From: Bryobacteraceae bacterium
GTDB taxonomy: Bacteria > Acidobacteriota > Terriglobia > Bryobacterales > Bryobacteraceae
DNA length: 64,000 bases
NCBI GenBank assembly: GCA_033762895.1
Contig: JANRLE010000380.1
Location: 12,243 to 76,242 of the forward strand
Direction: 5' to 3'
The position numbers were made by a program, and so were the translations under genes. Of this stretch, positions 19,134 to 29,534 are shown in pieces. The notes under the pieces were generated by a model. It made no database searches, was not told the DNA's origin, and was given only the letters and a program-made list of their open reading frames with translations. Numbering within the stretch: the first letter of the stretch is position 1; every line of letters starts with the position of its first letter.

Positions 19134-21551
19134 CTAGTGGGTGAGCTTCTCTTCAGCCGGCCGCGCCGCGCCTTCGGTCGGTTGGACGGGCATCACCGAG
19201 GCGTGCGGATCAATCTCGCGCTCAAGAGCAAGTTTCAACACTTCGTCCATCGATTCGACGAAGTTGAGCTTGAGGTCCTTGCGGATGTACTCCGGAATGT
19301 CCGGAAGATCCTTTTCATTATCCTTGGGAAGAACCAGTTCCCGGATGCCGTGGCGATGCGCCGCCAGCACCTTTTCCTTCAGTCCACCGATCGCCAGCAC
19401 GTGGCCGCGAACCGTGATTTCACCTGTCATCGCCAGGTCACCCCGCACCGGGATCTTGGTGAGTGCGCTGGTCAGGCTGGTGGCGATCGTGATGCCGGCC
19501 GAAGGACCATCCTTGGGAATGGCGCCTTCGGGAACATGCACGTGGATATCCAGGTGGCGGTAGAAGTCTCGCTGCAGCCCCAAAGCCGCGGCCCGGGAGC
19601 GGATATAGCTCATCGCCGCCTGCGCCGATTCCTGCATCACCTCTCCCAGTTTGCCCGTGATCGTGAGCTTGCCGCGGCCTTCCATGATAATGGCCTCGGT
19701 GGTCAGAATCTGGCCGCCCACTTCGGTCCATGCCAGACCCGTCGTGGTGCCGATGTGGTTCTTCAGCTCCGCCTGCAGATCACGGAACTTCTGCGGCCCC
19801 AGCAGATCGGCCACTTTCACCGGGTTGATCAATACCTTGTCGGCGGTTTCCTTCTTCGTACGGGCCACCACTACCTTGCGCGCCACCTTGCGGCACACGT
19901 TGCCCACTTCGCGCTCCAGATTACGGACGCCCGCTTCCCGCGTGTAGTGCTGCACCAGTTCCTGCAGCCCTTCATCGGTGAATTCGATCTCTTTCTCCGA
20001 CATCCCCGTGGCCGTCTTCTGTTTCGGCACCAGGAAGCGCTTGGCGATCTCCAGCTTCTCCAGTTCCGTATAACCCGACAGCCGGATCACTTCCATGCGG
20101 TCCTGCAACGCCGGCGGAATGGTGTGCAGCACGTTGGCCGTCGCCACGAAAAATACCTGGCTCAGGTCGTACTCCACGTCCAGGTAGTGATCCATGAACA
20201 TGTAGTTCTGTTCCGGATCGAGAACCTCCAGCAGCGCCGCCGACGGGTCCCCACGGAAGTCCGTGGACATCTTGTCCACCTCGTCCAGCATGAACACCGG
20301 ATTCTTCGTGCCGGCCTTCTTCATCATCTGCAGGATCTGGCCCGGCAGCGCCCCGATATAGGTGCGCCGGTGGCCGCGAATCTCCGCTTCATCCCGCACC
20401 CCGCCGAGTGAAAGCCGGATGAATTTGCGTCCTGTCGCCTTGGCGATTGACATCCCCAGTGACGTCTTACCCACGCCCGGAGGCCCGACAAAGCAGAGAA
20501 TCGATCCCTTGGGATCCTTCACAAGCTGCCGCACCGCCAGAAACTCGAGGATCCGTTCCTTGATCTTGTCCAGTCCGTAGTGATCGGACTCAAGCACCTG
20601 CTGCGCATGCGTCAGATCGCGGATTTCCTTCGTCTTCTTCTTCCATGGCACGGCCAGGATCCAGTCCAGGTAGTTGCGCGAAACGGTGGATTCGGCCGAC
20701 ATCGGCGGCATCTGCTCCAGCCGCCGCAGTTCCGCCATCGCCTTTTCGTGCGCGTCCTTGGTCATCCCGGCGGCGTCGATCTTCTTCTTGATCTCGTCGA
20801 TCTCGCTCTTTTCGCCCCGGCCCAGCTCTTTCTGGATGGCCTTGATCTTCTCGTTGAGATAGTACTCTTTCTGGGCCTTCTCCATCTGGCGCTTCACGCG
20901 GCCCTGAATGGTGCGGTCCATATTGAGTTTTTCGATCTCGATATCCAGCATCTCGGCGACGCGGTTCAGCCGGTCCACCGGATCGAAGATCTCGAGCAAC
21001 TCCTGCTTTTCCTCGATTGTGAGTTGGAGATTGGCCCCCACCGTGTCGGCCAGCTTCCCGCTGTCGTCGACCCGGATGGCCGCGATCATCGTCTCGTAGT
21101 TCAGATTCTGGCTGAGCTTGACGTACTGTTCAAACAGCGCCGTCACCCGGCTGATCAGCGCGTCAAGCTGCGAACCCGCTTCCACTTTGTAGTGGAACGT
21201 TTTTACCACCGCGCGGAAAAACCCCTCGTCTTCGCTGACAGTGACGATCTTGGCGCGCTCCACGCCTTCCACCAGCACCTTGATGTTGCCGTCCGGCAGC
21301 TTGAGGCTCTGTACGATGTTCGCCACCGTGCCCACGCCGTAAATCTCGTCCGGCCGCGGTTCATCTACCGAAGCATCGTGCTGCGTTGCCAGGAAGATCT
21401 TCTTGTCCCCGGACAAGGCTTCTTCGAGCGCCCGCACGCTGGACTCCCGGCCGACGACAAAAGGCGTCATCATGTACGGAAAGATGACGACGTCGCGGAT
21501 CGGCATCATCGGAAGTCTTTTTGTGTCGGATTTTTCCTTAGAAGTAAGCAT
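19134..21551 (-). CDS. lon: ATP-dependent Lon protease
   Basis: [14 protein letters not shown]-domain, GPPGVGKTS Walker A and DGPSAGITI catalytic serine motif. Confidence 0.95.
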   Translation of the reverse strand: MLTSKEKSDTKRLPMMPIRDVVIFPYMMTPFVVGRESSVRALEEALSGDKKIFLATQHDASVDEPRPDEIYGVGTVANIVQSLKLPDGNIKVLVEGVERAKIVTVSEDEGFFRAVVKTFHYKVEAGSQLDALISRVTALFEQYVKLSQNLNYETMIAAIRVDDSGKLADTVGANLQLTIEEKQELLEIFDPVDRLNRVAEMLDIEIEKLNMDRTIQGRVKRQMEKAQKEYYLNEKIKAIQKELGRGEKSEIDEIKKKIDAAGMTKDAHEKAMAELRRLEQMPPMSAESTVSRNYLDWILAVPWKKKTKEIRDLTHAQQVLESDHYGLDKIKERILEFLAVRQLVKDPKGSILCFVGPPGVGKTSLGMSIAKATGRKFIRLSLGGVRDEAEIRGHRRTYIGALPGQILQMMKKAGTKNPVFMLDEVDKMSTDFRGDPSAALLEVLDPEQNYMFMDHYLDVEYDLSQVFFVATANVLHTIPPALQDRMEVIRLSGYTELEKLEIAKRFLVPKQKTATGMSEKEIEFTDEGLQELVQHYTREAGVRNLEREVGNVCRKVARKVVVARTKKETADKVLINPVKVADLLGPQKFRDLQAELKNHIGTTTGLAWTEVGGQILTTEAIIMEGRGKLTITGKLGEVMQESAQAAMSYIRSRAAALGLQRDFYRHLDIHVHVPEGAIPKDGPSAGITIATSLTSALTKIPVRGDLAMTGEITVRGHVLAIGGLKEKVLAAHRHGIRELVLPKDNEKDLPDIPEYIRKDLKLNFVESMDEVLKLALEREIDPHASVMPVQPTEGAARPAEEKLTH

Positions 21552-21651
21552 TGTGTTTTGCCTCGATACTCCCCGGGGCCACGCGGCCCGGTCACGGCGA
21601 TCACCAATTCCGGCGGTCCGTCTGGCTGTCGATGTTGCGGAACCTGCGGAC

Positions 21652-22917
21652 TTAGCCCGCTTTTTCCAGCAGTGCCAAGCTGATTTTCTGCGTGAGCACC
21701 ATCTCTTTCGTCACCACGAACTCTCTGATTTTTTTATGGGACGGGAGATAGTACATCAGGTCGAGCATTAATTCTTCGAGAATCATTCGAAGTCCCCTGG
21801 CGCCTACCTTCCGCTCCAGGGCCAGAGCCGCAACGACCTCCAGCGCGTCGTCTGTAAACTTCAGTCTAACATTTTCGTACTCGAACAGTTTTTGATACTG
21901 GCGCGTGATCGCGTTCTTTGGCTTGGTGAGGATCTGCATCAGCGCATCCTTGCTGAGATCCTCAAGCACGCCCACCACCGGCATGCGTCCGATGAACTCG
22001 GGAATAAAACCGAACTTGATGAGGTCGAGCGGTTGGATCTGCTCAAGAAGCGTGATATCACGCCGCCCCGAAGCGCCTACCGGACGCTTCTCATCATCCC
22101 CGTTCTTGAACCCGATCGAACGCCGCCCCACACGGCGCGACACAATCTTCTCCATCCCCACGAAGGCGCCGCCGCAGATGAACAGAATGTTGGTGGTGTC
22201 GACGGGCGTGAACTCCTGATGGGGATGCTTTCTTCCACCCTGTGGAGGGACGTTGGCCACTGTGCCTTCCAGGATTTTCAGCAGCGCCTGCTGGACACCC
22301 TCGCCGGAAACATCACGCGTAATGGACGGGTTCTCGTCCTTGCGCCCGATCTTGTCGATCTCGTCGATATAGATGATGCCCGTCTGACAGCGTTGCACAT
22401 CCCAATCGGCGTTCTGCAGAAGGCGAAGAATGATGTTCTCCACGTCCTCGCCCACGTAGCCGGCCTCAGTCAGCGTGGTGGCGTCCACGATGGCGAATGG
22501 AACATCCAGAATGCGCGCCAGCGTCTGCGCCAGGTAGGTCTTTCCCGTTCCCGTAGGCCCGATCAGAAGAATATTCGACTTCTGCAACTCGACGTCCGCC
22601 GAGCGCTGCTTGTTCATGTGGATCCGCTTGTAATGGTTGTAAACGGCCACCGCCAGCTTCTTCTTCGTCGGCTCCTGCCCTACGACGTATTGGTCCAGGT
22701 ATTCCTTCAACTCCAGCGGCTTGGGAAGCTTGTGGGGTCCGCCATAGCTGTGCTCCTGACGGTCATCCTCAAGAATGGAATTGCAGACGGCGATGCATTC
22801 ATCGCAAATATAAGCCCGCGGATAGTCGCTGGGCGAGGATATGAGCTTGCCGACGACGTCCTGGCTCTTGTGACAGAACGAACAGCGGAGCGCGTCATCA
22901 GAACCTGAGCGTTTCAC
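21652..22917 (-). CDS. clpX: ATP-dependent Clp protease ATP-binding subunit ClpX
   Basis: N-terminal zinc finger CSFCHK...[12 protein letters not shown] Walker A and IIYIDEIDK Walker B. Confidence 0.95.
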   Translation of the reverse strand: MKRSGSDDALRCSFCHKSQDVVGKLISSPSDYPRAYICDECIAVCNSILEDDRQEHSYGGPHKLPKPLELKEYLDQYVVGQEPTKKKLAVAVYNHYKRIHMNKQRSADVELQKSNILLIGPTGTGKTYLAQTLARILDVPFAIVDATTLTEAGYVGEDVENIILRLLQNADWDVQRCQTGIIYIDEIDKIGRKDENPSITRDVSGEGVQQALLKILEGTVANVPPQGGRKHPHQEFTPVDTTNILFICGGAFVGMEKIVSRRVGRRSIGFKNGDDEKRPVGASGRRDITLLEQIQPLDLIKFGFIPEFIGRMPVVGVLEDLSKDALMQILTKPKNAITRQYQKLFEYENVRLKFTDDALEVVAALALERKVGARGLRMILEELMLDLMYYLPSHKKIREFVVTKEMVLTQKISLALLEKAG

Positions 22918-23089
22918 AGTTGGTGCTCCCCTGCTGGGCGAAACCCAGCGCTACCCCGGCGTAGTGCGTTGCCGAAATGTCTTGCATGAATGGCTGCCCT
23001 TATTATCGCTTTGGGGGAGGCGGTATGGCAATGGCAATGGGTTCATAGGTCTTCAGGCGTATGCCACAGTACAGACGGCCCGAAGCCGG

Positions 23090-24124
23090 CTAGGCGCCCG
23101 GCAGAGCGCCTTCGGCAGCCAGTTTGATGCGGTAAAGTCCTGTTCTCGCCGTCATATACAGCGACTTCCCGTCGTCGCCCCAACCCACGTTGGCGGGAAC
23201 TTCCGCCGGCTTGATCTTGCCCAGCAGTTTTCCTTCAGGCGAAAATACCCATACGCCGCCCGGCCCTGTTGCGTACAAATTTCCCTGCTTGTCCAGCTTC
23301 AAGCCATCCGGCAGCCCGTCGGCCGTCTCCGCGGTCACGTCGAGCAAAACCTGCGGCGTGCCCAGCGACCCGTCGGCACCCACCGGGAATTTCATCCATA
23401 CTTTCTTCGCTGGATCCGAGTTCGCCACATACAACCACTTCTCGTCCGGAGAAAAGCCGATGCCGTTGGGCCGCGTCATCCCCTGATAGAGCAGCCGCAC
23501 CTTGCCGTCCGGGTCCAGCCGGTAAACGCCGTTGAACTTCAGTTCCTTCTTCGGATCCTCGTCCTGTTTTGGAAATCCGTAGGGCGGATCGGTGAAATAG
23601 AGTGAGCCGTCCGATTTCCAGGCCATATCGTTCGGGCTGTTGAGCCGCTTGCCCTGATACTTTTCCGCCACCGCCGTTTGTTTGCCATCGGCTTCCAGCG
23701 CCATGATTTTGCCGCGGCCATGCATCGCCACCAGCACCCGGCCCTTCTTGTCCAGCGCCAACCCATTGGATCCGCAGAAGGAATCCGGCGCGCACTCGTC
23801 GGCCCCGCTCTTTTCCAGGTACACGCTGGCAGCCGTATCGCCGGGCGCCCACTTGTAGATCACGTTGCCCTGCACATCGCTGAACAGCAGGTGCCCGGCC
23901 GGCATCCATAACGGCCCTTCAATGAACTTCATTCCTCCGGCGAGCTTCTCAATGGTGGCGCCGGCGGGCACCAGCGCCTCCAGTGCCGGATCGATGCGCT
24001 CCACCACGCCGGCCGAAGGCGCCCGGGCCGGTTCGGTGGCTTTGGGGGTGGGAGCGGATCCGCATCCGCACAGGATCGCGAGGGCTATCAGGGATGGAAC
24101 AGATCTCATCATGCAGCCAATCAT
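23090..24124 (-). CDS. SMP-30/gluconolactonase/LRE family protein, probable lipoprotein
   Basis: NSPNDMAWKSDGSLYFTDPPYG and repeated beta-propeller blades. N-terminus MMRSVPSLIALAILCGCGS is lipobox-like. The start is uncertain (24112 or 24124). Confidence 0.7.
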   Translation of the reverse strand: MIGCMMRSVPSLIALAILCGCGSAPTPKATEPARAPSAGVVERIDPALEALVPAGATIEKLAGGMKFIEGPLWMPAGHLLFSDVQGNVIYKWAPGDTAASVYLEKSGADECAPDSFCGSNGLALDKKGRVLVAMHGRGKIMALEADGKQTAVAEKYQGKRLNSPNDMAWKSDGSLYFTDPPYGFPKQDEDPKKELKFNGVYRLDPDGKVRLLYQGMTRPNGIGFSPDEKWLYVANSDPAKKVWMKFPVGADGSLGTPQVLLDVTAETADGLPDGLKLDKQGNLYATGPGGVWVFSPEGKLLGKIKPAEVPANVGWGDDGKSLYMTARTGLYRIKLAAEGALPGA

Positions 24125-24249
24125 ATCCCAGCTCGGGGTCCTGTGGGGCGGGTGAAGATGGTTCCGGTCTTGGGGGAATAGACTCACCTGGCCGCCGGCA
24201 AGATCTGCTTACCGCCGCTATTTTCAGCCGGCTCTGTTTGGTATGCAAA

Positions 24250-24528
24250 ATGCTGCCGAAACAACAGGCAGGAGGTGCATCTTTGGCCATCAAGAGCTAC
24301 GTCGCCTGTCCGCGGGGCGGAAAGTTGAATGACCTGATTTCCGAACTGGCCACCATCCCGGGCTGCGACGTCACGCGGGCCGGCGCTCGGGAAGTCGCCA
24401 TCCTGGTCACCGAGACCACCACCGAGGAGGAGGAGGAGAAACTCGAGGCACGCCTGGCAAAGGTGCGATCACTCCAATCGCTCACCTTAGTCTACGGGTG
24501 CAGCGCCCCGGAATTGTTGCGCCCCTGA
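24250..24528 (+). CDS. NapD-like small protein (putative Tat-signal-binding chaperone fold)
   Basis: By-eye alignment to E. coli NapD: IKSYVACPRG...LATIPGCDV...SLQSLTLVYG versus VCSLVVQAKS...LNAFPGCEV...VLAVSLVYH. AGGAGG lies 7 nt upstream of an in-frame TTG at 24283, which is an alternative start. The upstream part of the 23983 ORF is antisense to the gluconolactonase gene. Confidence 0.45.
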   Translation: MLPKQQAGGASLAIKSYVACPRGGKLNDLISELATIPGCDVTRAGAREVAILVTETTTEEEEEKLEARLAKVRSLQSLTLVYGCSAPELLRP

Positions 24529-24541
24529 AAGGAGGCCGCCG

Positions 24542-24667
24542 ATGCAGTCAGTAAAGGATCACACCCGGGTGGTGCGCGTCATCAAAATTGCCATCTGGGT
24601 CCTGCTGGCGCTGATGGTGATCGTGCTGTGCCGCAAACCCCTGCTTGGCCTCAGCCCCTGGCTTTAG
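24542..24667 (+). CDS. 41-aa single-pass membrane microprotein
   Basis: Too short to appear in the ORF track. AAGGAGG lies 6 nt upstream of the ATG. Product MQSVKDHTRVVRVIKIAIWVLLALMVIVLCRKPLLGLSPWL has one hydrophobic helix. It starts 14 nt after the NapD-like stop. Confidence 0.4.
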   Translation: MQSVKDHTRVVRVIKIAIWVLLALMVIVLCRKPLLGLSPWL

Positions 24668-25956
24668 CTGAGCGCAGTCCCGGCGGCTTCGTCCGGCGCT
24701 ACTTTGCGCGCATTTTCGAAGAGGAAATTCAGCGTTTTTTCGGTCCGGATCGCACGCGCTACGCGCTGTAGCGTCCCGTCCTCCTGCCACTTCTTGCGCA
24801 CCGCGGCCACCGGCTCACGGTTTTCCTTGGCATAGCGCTGAATCTCGCGGTCCACTTCGTCCTGCGTGGTGGCAATCGCCTCGCGTTCCGAGATCCGGTC
24901 CACCAGCATCGAACTGCGGATTTCCATCGCAGCGCGGTCGCGCATCGCTTCCTTGATCTTTTCAAAATCGATCGGGATCTGCTTGGGATCGCGGCCCATC
25001 TGCTGCTGTTCGGACAGAAAGCGGTTGATGTAGAGCTCGATCTGCCGGTCGATGAACGCCTCCGGAACGGGGAATGCGTGCGATTCGGCCAACTTGCGCG
25101 TAATTTCTTCCTTGGCCGCCCGCTGCGCCATGTACTCGCGTTCCCTCAGGATGTTGGTGCGGATCTGCGCTTTTAACTCTTCGAAATGCTGGAAATCGCC
25201 CAGGTCCTTGGCGAACTCATCGTCGAGTTCAGGCAGTTCCTTTTTCTGCAGCATCTTGAGATTCACGCGGAACTCCACGGTTTTGCCGGCCAGCCGTTCC
25301 TCGGCGTATTCCTCGGGATAGGTGATGGAAAAGTGTTTCTCCTCACCCGGGCTCATCCCCGGAATGTTCTCGGAGAATCCGGATAAGGTGTCTTCGGCCC
25401 CCAGTTCCACCTTCAGGTCGTGTCCATGGATGGGTGCGCCTTCAAGCCCCGCCGTGCTGTGCAGATCAATCACGGCCACGTCGCCCAACTCGGCCGGCCG
25501 TGGGTCCAGATTCACGTAGTCGGCCTTCTGCGCCCGCAGCCTCTCCAGTTGCTGGTCCACATCCTCGTCGCTGACCTTGGGCTCATCATAGGGAACCGTG
25601 ACGCCGCGGTAGTCACCCAGTTCGATGTCAGGGGCCACTTCAAATTCGGCCTTGAACCGGATCGGCCTGCCTTCCTCGTATTCCAGGTCGGTGACGTTCG
25701 GATTGCCGATCGGCTCCAGCCGCTCTTCCTCGGCTTTCTGGCGGAAGAAGCGCGGCAGCAGGTTGTCCAGAACCTCCTGCCGGATGTTGCTGGCGTAGTG
25801 TTTGCGGATCATCGACAGCGGCGCCTTGCCGGGGCGGAAGCCCTGCAGGTGCGCGCGCCCGCGGATTTTCTCGGCAACCCGGTCATGCTCCTTCTGGACA
25901 TCGTCGACCGGAATGAAGATTTCGAGTTCGTGCTTGCAACCTTCAATGAACGCCAA
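24664..25956 (-). CDS. tig: trigger factor
   Basis: About 430 aa. N-terminal ribosome-binding region with GFRPGKAP, then a central PPIase-like segment and a C-terminal helical domain. Confidence 0.9.
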   Translation of the reverse strand: MAFIEGCKHELEIFIPVDDVQKEHDRVAEKIRGRAHLQGFRPGKAPLSMIRKHYASNIRQEVLDNLLPRFFRQKAEEERLEPIGNPNVTDLEYEEGRPIRFKAEFEVAPDIELGDYRGVTVPYDEPKVSDEDVDQQLERLRAQKADYVNLDPRPAELGDVAVIDLHSTAGLEGAPIHGHDLKVELGAEDTLSGFSENIPGMSPGEEKHFSITYPEEYAEERLAGKTVEFRVNLKMLQKKELPELDDEFAKDLGDFQHFEELKAQIRTNILREREYMAQRAAKEEITRKLAESHAFPVPEAFIDRQIELYINRFLSEQQQMGRDPKQIPIDFEKIKEAMRDRAAMEIRSSMLVDRISEREAIATTQDEVDREIQRYAKENREPVAAVRKKWQEDGTLQRVARAIRTEKTLNFLFENARKVAPDEAAGTALS

Positions 25957-25986
25957 TGGGAATCTCCATCTCAGGAAAAGTGGAAT

Positions 25987-26011
25987 GGGCCCGCGGCGAA
26001 TCCGCGAGCCC
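25987..26011 (-). terminator. hairpin downstream of metK (possible intrinsic terminator)
   Basis: On the minus strand, GGGCUCGCGG-loop-CCGCGGGCCC (about 10 bp) followed by AUUCCACUUUUCC. The U-tract is weak. Confidence 0.4.
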
Positions 26012-26025
26012 TGATCAGTCTCTGC

Positions 26026-27195
<1,170 letters not shown>

Positions 27196-27347
27196 GGAAC
27201 TCTCCTCCTGATTCACTGATTTAATTTCACTTCGGATCGAGCCATACCTGCCCTGCTTGCTGAACTGGCTCATGCTCCGCCATTGGGGTGGGAAATGCCA
27301 GACCGGCCGGTAGCGAGCCTGCCCTCACCGGGAAAGCCCAACGAACA

Positions 27348-27376
27348 AGTGTATCGAACTGAACGGGGGCCGTCAA
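27348..27376 (-). promoter_or_regulatory. candidate sigma70-type promoter for metK
   Basis: Minus strand reads TTGACG, a 17-nt spacer, then TACACT, about 150 nt upstream of the GTG start. Confidence 0.35.
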
Positions 27377-27394
27377 TTCAAGCTGGGAAAACAC

Positions 27395-27427
27395 AAAAGG
27401 CGGCTGATTCAGAATCAGCCGCCTTTT
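27395..27427 (-). terminator. intrinsic terminator after the PEP-CTERM gene (symmetric, could act in both directions)
   Basis: Perfect hairpin AAAAGGCGGCUGAUUC-AGA-AUCAGCCGCCUUUU. On the minus strand it is followed by UUUUGUGUUUUCC. Confidence 0.7.
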
Positions 27428-27458
27428 GCCGAAACCCAATCAAATGAAATCTGCCAGC

Positions 27459-28292
27459 CTACGCCTTCTTGCGCCTGCGCTGCACGGCCAGGGCGCCCAG
27501 CAATCCAACCGCGGTAAGAGCGATGGTGCCCGGTTCCGGCGCGTCGGCAAACGGATCCGACGAGCCGCCGCCACCGCCGCCAAAGCCACTTCCCGTTCCA
27601 AGCAGATTGAGCAGGAACTGACGGTTGGAGCCTTCCGAGATCACCGAATTGGCCGCAATGTTGCCGCCAATCACGTAGATCCTGCCGGCATCGAGATTCT
27701 GATACTGAACCATGTACGGAAGCAGCGCCCCGCCGATGGCCACCGACATTCCGCCCATCACCGGGTAGATGTTGTTTGCCGCCAGCCCGCCGCCCTGGAT
27801 GCCCAGAACCGAAGAATCGGCTCCGCCAAGGGTGCCATGCACCTGCGTGCTGCCCAGCCCAAGCGTCTGATAATTCACGCTCATGCTGCTGCCAAGCCCG
27901 GACAGAATGCTGTTGATGAACAGGGCGTTGTAAACGCTCCCGTATGGCGTTGTGCCATCAGGGTTGGCGAAAACCAGCAGGTTGCCACCCCCGCGCACCC
28001 AATTCCCCAACGCGCCGATTTCAGAGGCCTGCGCGGCGGCGCCGGGATTGGAAATGATGAAATGTGTGTTGCCGGCCAGGCTCTGCTGCGAAATGAATTC
28101 CGCTGTCGGGTCGAAAGAATGACCCGCTACCGTGGCGGCGGCGTAAATTGAACTGTAGTTGCTCGACGTTGACCAGATCTCGGTTCCGGTTGTTCCGTAC
28201 CACTGCCCGACGCTGGCAGCGTAGGAAGCCGAACTCAATAGTACAAATCCCAGGAGCAACATCTGGGCTCTCTTTATTGCGGTGTTCCGCAT
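27459..28292 (-). CDS. PEP-CTERM sorting-domain protein
   Basis: C-terminus PEPGTIALTAVGLLGALAVQRRRKKA (PEP motif, TM helix, basic tail). Signal peptide MRNTAIKRAQMLLLGFVLLSSASYA. GGAGGGA lies upstream of the ATG at 28292. Confidence 0.8.
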   Translation of the reverse strand: MRNTAIKRAQMLLLGFVLLSSASYAASVGQWYGTTGTEIWSTSSNYSSIYAAATVAGHSFDPTAEFISQQSLAGNTHFIISNPGAAAQASEIGALGNWVRGGGNLLVFANPDGTTPYGSVYNALFINSILSGLGSSMSVNYQTLGLGSTQVHGTLGGADSSVLGIQGGGLAANNIYPVMGGMSVAIGGALLPYMVQYQNLDAGRIYVIGGNIAANSVISEGSNRQFLLNLLGTGSGFGGGGGGSSDPFADAPEPGTIALTAVGLLGALAVQRRRKKA

Positions 28293-28362
28293 TATTTTCC
28301 CTCCGAGGTTCTCCGACACTCCGAACACGAGCGGCTGCTTGCCCACTTGTATGACCTAAGCC

Positions 28363-28390
28363 AGTATAGCACTTTAGCGCGGGGATTCAA
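28363..28390 (-). promoter_or_regulatory. candidate sigma70-type promoter for the PEP-CTERM gene
   Basis: Minus strand reads TTGAAT, a 16-nt spacer, then TATACT, about 70 nt upstream of the ATG. Confidence 0.35.
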
Positions 28391-28594
28391 GGGGTACCAA
28401 GCAACAAATTGCTTAGGAGGCATCTCATTGATTACAAATGCTTTACGGGTACGCCGGAGGCCCCTACCCCCTTAGCCCAAACCCCTACACGTCTATGCGC
28501 CTCCCACATTCCCCCACTTCACCGCCCTACCACCCCCTCAGAGGGGTACCTAGTTTGAGGAAATCCACTTAGTCGGCCGCCTTACACCCACCCC

Positions 28595-29533
28595 TCACGC
28601 CGGCGCCGCAACACCCTCGGCCAGCAGCGCGCCCCAGTGAAATCCCGCCCCAAACGCTGTGAAGCACACCCTGCCACCCGCCCGGAAACCTTCGTTTTCC
28701 GCCCATTCCGACGCCGCAATGAGCATTGAAGCCGAAGACGTGTTGCCGTAGCGCGCGATGTTGGAGAAAAACCGGTCGCGCTCCACGCCAATCGCGTCCG
28801 CCACGCGGTCCATCAGGTTCTGGTTGGCCTGGTGCATCAGGTACGTGCCTACGTCGGAGGCGGCCAGCGAGAACCGCCTCAGGATCTCACTCACCGCACG
28901 CGGCATTTTGCGCGAGGCCTGCAGAATCACGCTGCGGCCGTTCATGAGGAAAGTGGAATCCTCAAGCCGCAGATCTTCGGAAAACGTCCCATCGGTTCCC
29001 ATGACCGAGCCCAGCACCCGCGCCCCGCCCCGCGAGGGGTGAATCAGGCACGCCCCGGCGCCGTCGCCAAACAGGATGCACACGCTCGGATCGAGCGGCT
29101 CAGTCAGCACAATGCGCGACATGATCTCGGCCGCCACCACCAGCACAGGCCCGCGCGAGGCCGCCACATCGGCCGCCAGCGACATTGCCACCAGCGCTCC
29201 GGCGCTCGCCACAGGCAGGTCCAGCGCCGGTGTCTCGGTCAAACCCAACCGGTTCGCCACCTGCGAGGCGGGTCCGGGAAACCGGCGCGGCGAGGTCGAG
29301 CACGACATCACGATCATGCCCAGTTCCGACGGCTTGCACCCGGCCTTCTCCAGACAGGATTCCGCCGCCGACACCGCCAGATCGATTACCGTTTCGGAAT
29401 CGACATAGCGGCGCTGCTCGATACCCGATACGTTGCGGATCCAGTCCGCCGTGCGGCCGATCCGCCCTGCCAGTTCCTCATTGCCGACAACACGCTCGGG
29501 AACTGCTGCGCCAAAACCTGCAATGAAGGCCAT
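28595..29533 (-). CDS. KASIII (FabH)-like enzyme with Ser in place of the active-site Cys
   Basis: Thiolase-fold KASIII pattern: LDLPVASAGAL (FabH has AACAGF here), MHQANQNL (His) and YGNTSSASM (Asn). The ATG at 29533 lies 1 nt after the carrier-protein stop. Confidence 0.8.
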   Translation of the reverse strand: MAFIAGFGAAVPERVVGNEELAGRIGRTADWIRNVSGIEQRRYVDSETVIDLAVSAAESCLEKAGCKPSELGMIVMSCSTSPRRFPGPASQVANRLGLTETPALDLPVASAGALVAMSLAADVAASRGPVLVVAAEIMSRIVLTEPLDPSVCILFGDGAGACLIHPSRGGARVLGSVMGTDGTFSEDLRLEDSTFLMNGRSVILQASRKMPRAVSEILRRFSLAASDVGTYLMHQANQNLMDRVADAIGVERDRFFSNIARYGNTSSASMLIAASEWAENEGFRAGGRVCFTAFGAGFHWGALLAEGVAAPA

Positions 29534-29534
29534 G

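Noticed and set aside
23983-24249. Upstream 89 codons of ORF 23983..24528
   Set aside because: They are antisense to the gluconolactonase-like gene and Arg/Gly/Pro-rich. The NapD-like similarity begins only after 24283, so the CDS was trimmed.
27196-27394. SAM-I riboswitch upstream of metK
   Set aside because: I could not find the conserved SAM-I core elements by eye. It is kept only as a low-interest structured-leader observation.
28438-28572. 44-aa Pro/Tyr-rich ORF (MLYGYAGGPYPLSPNPYT...) in the cassette/PEP-CTERM spacer
   Set aside because: The AGGAGG is 17 nt from the ATG, which is too far. The composition simply reflects the C-tract DNA, and there is no supporting context.
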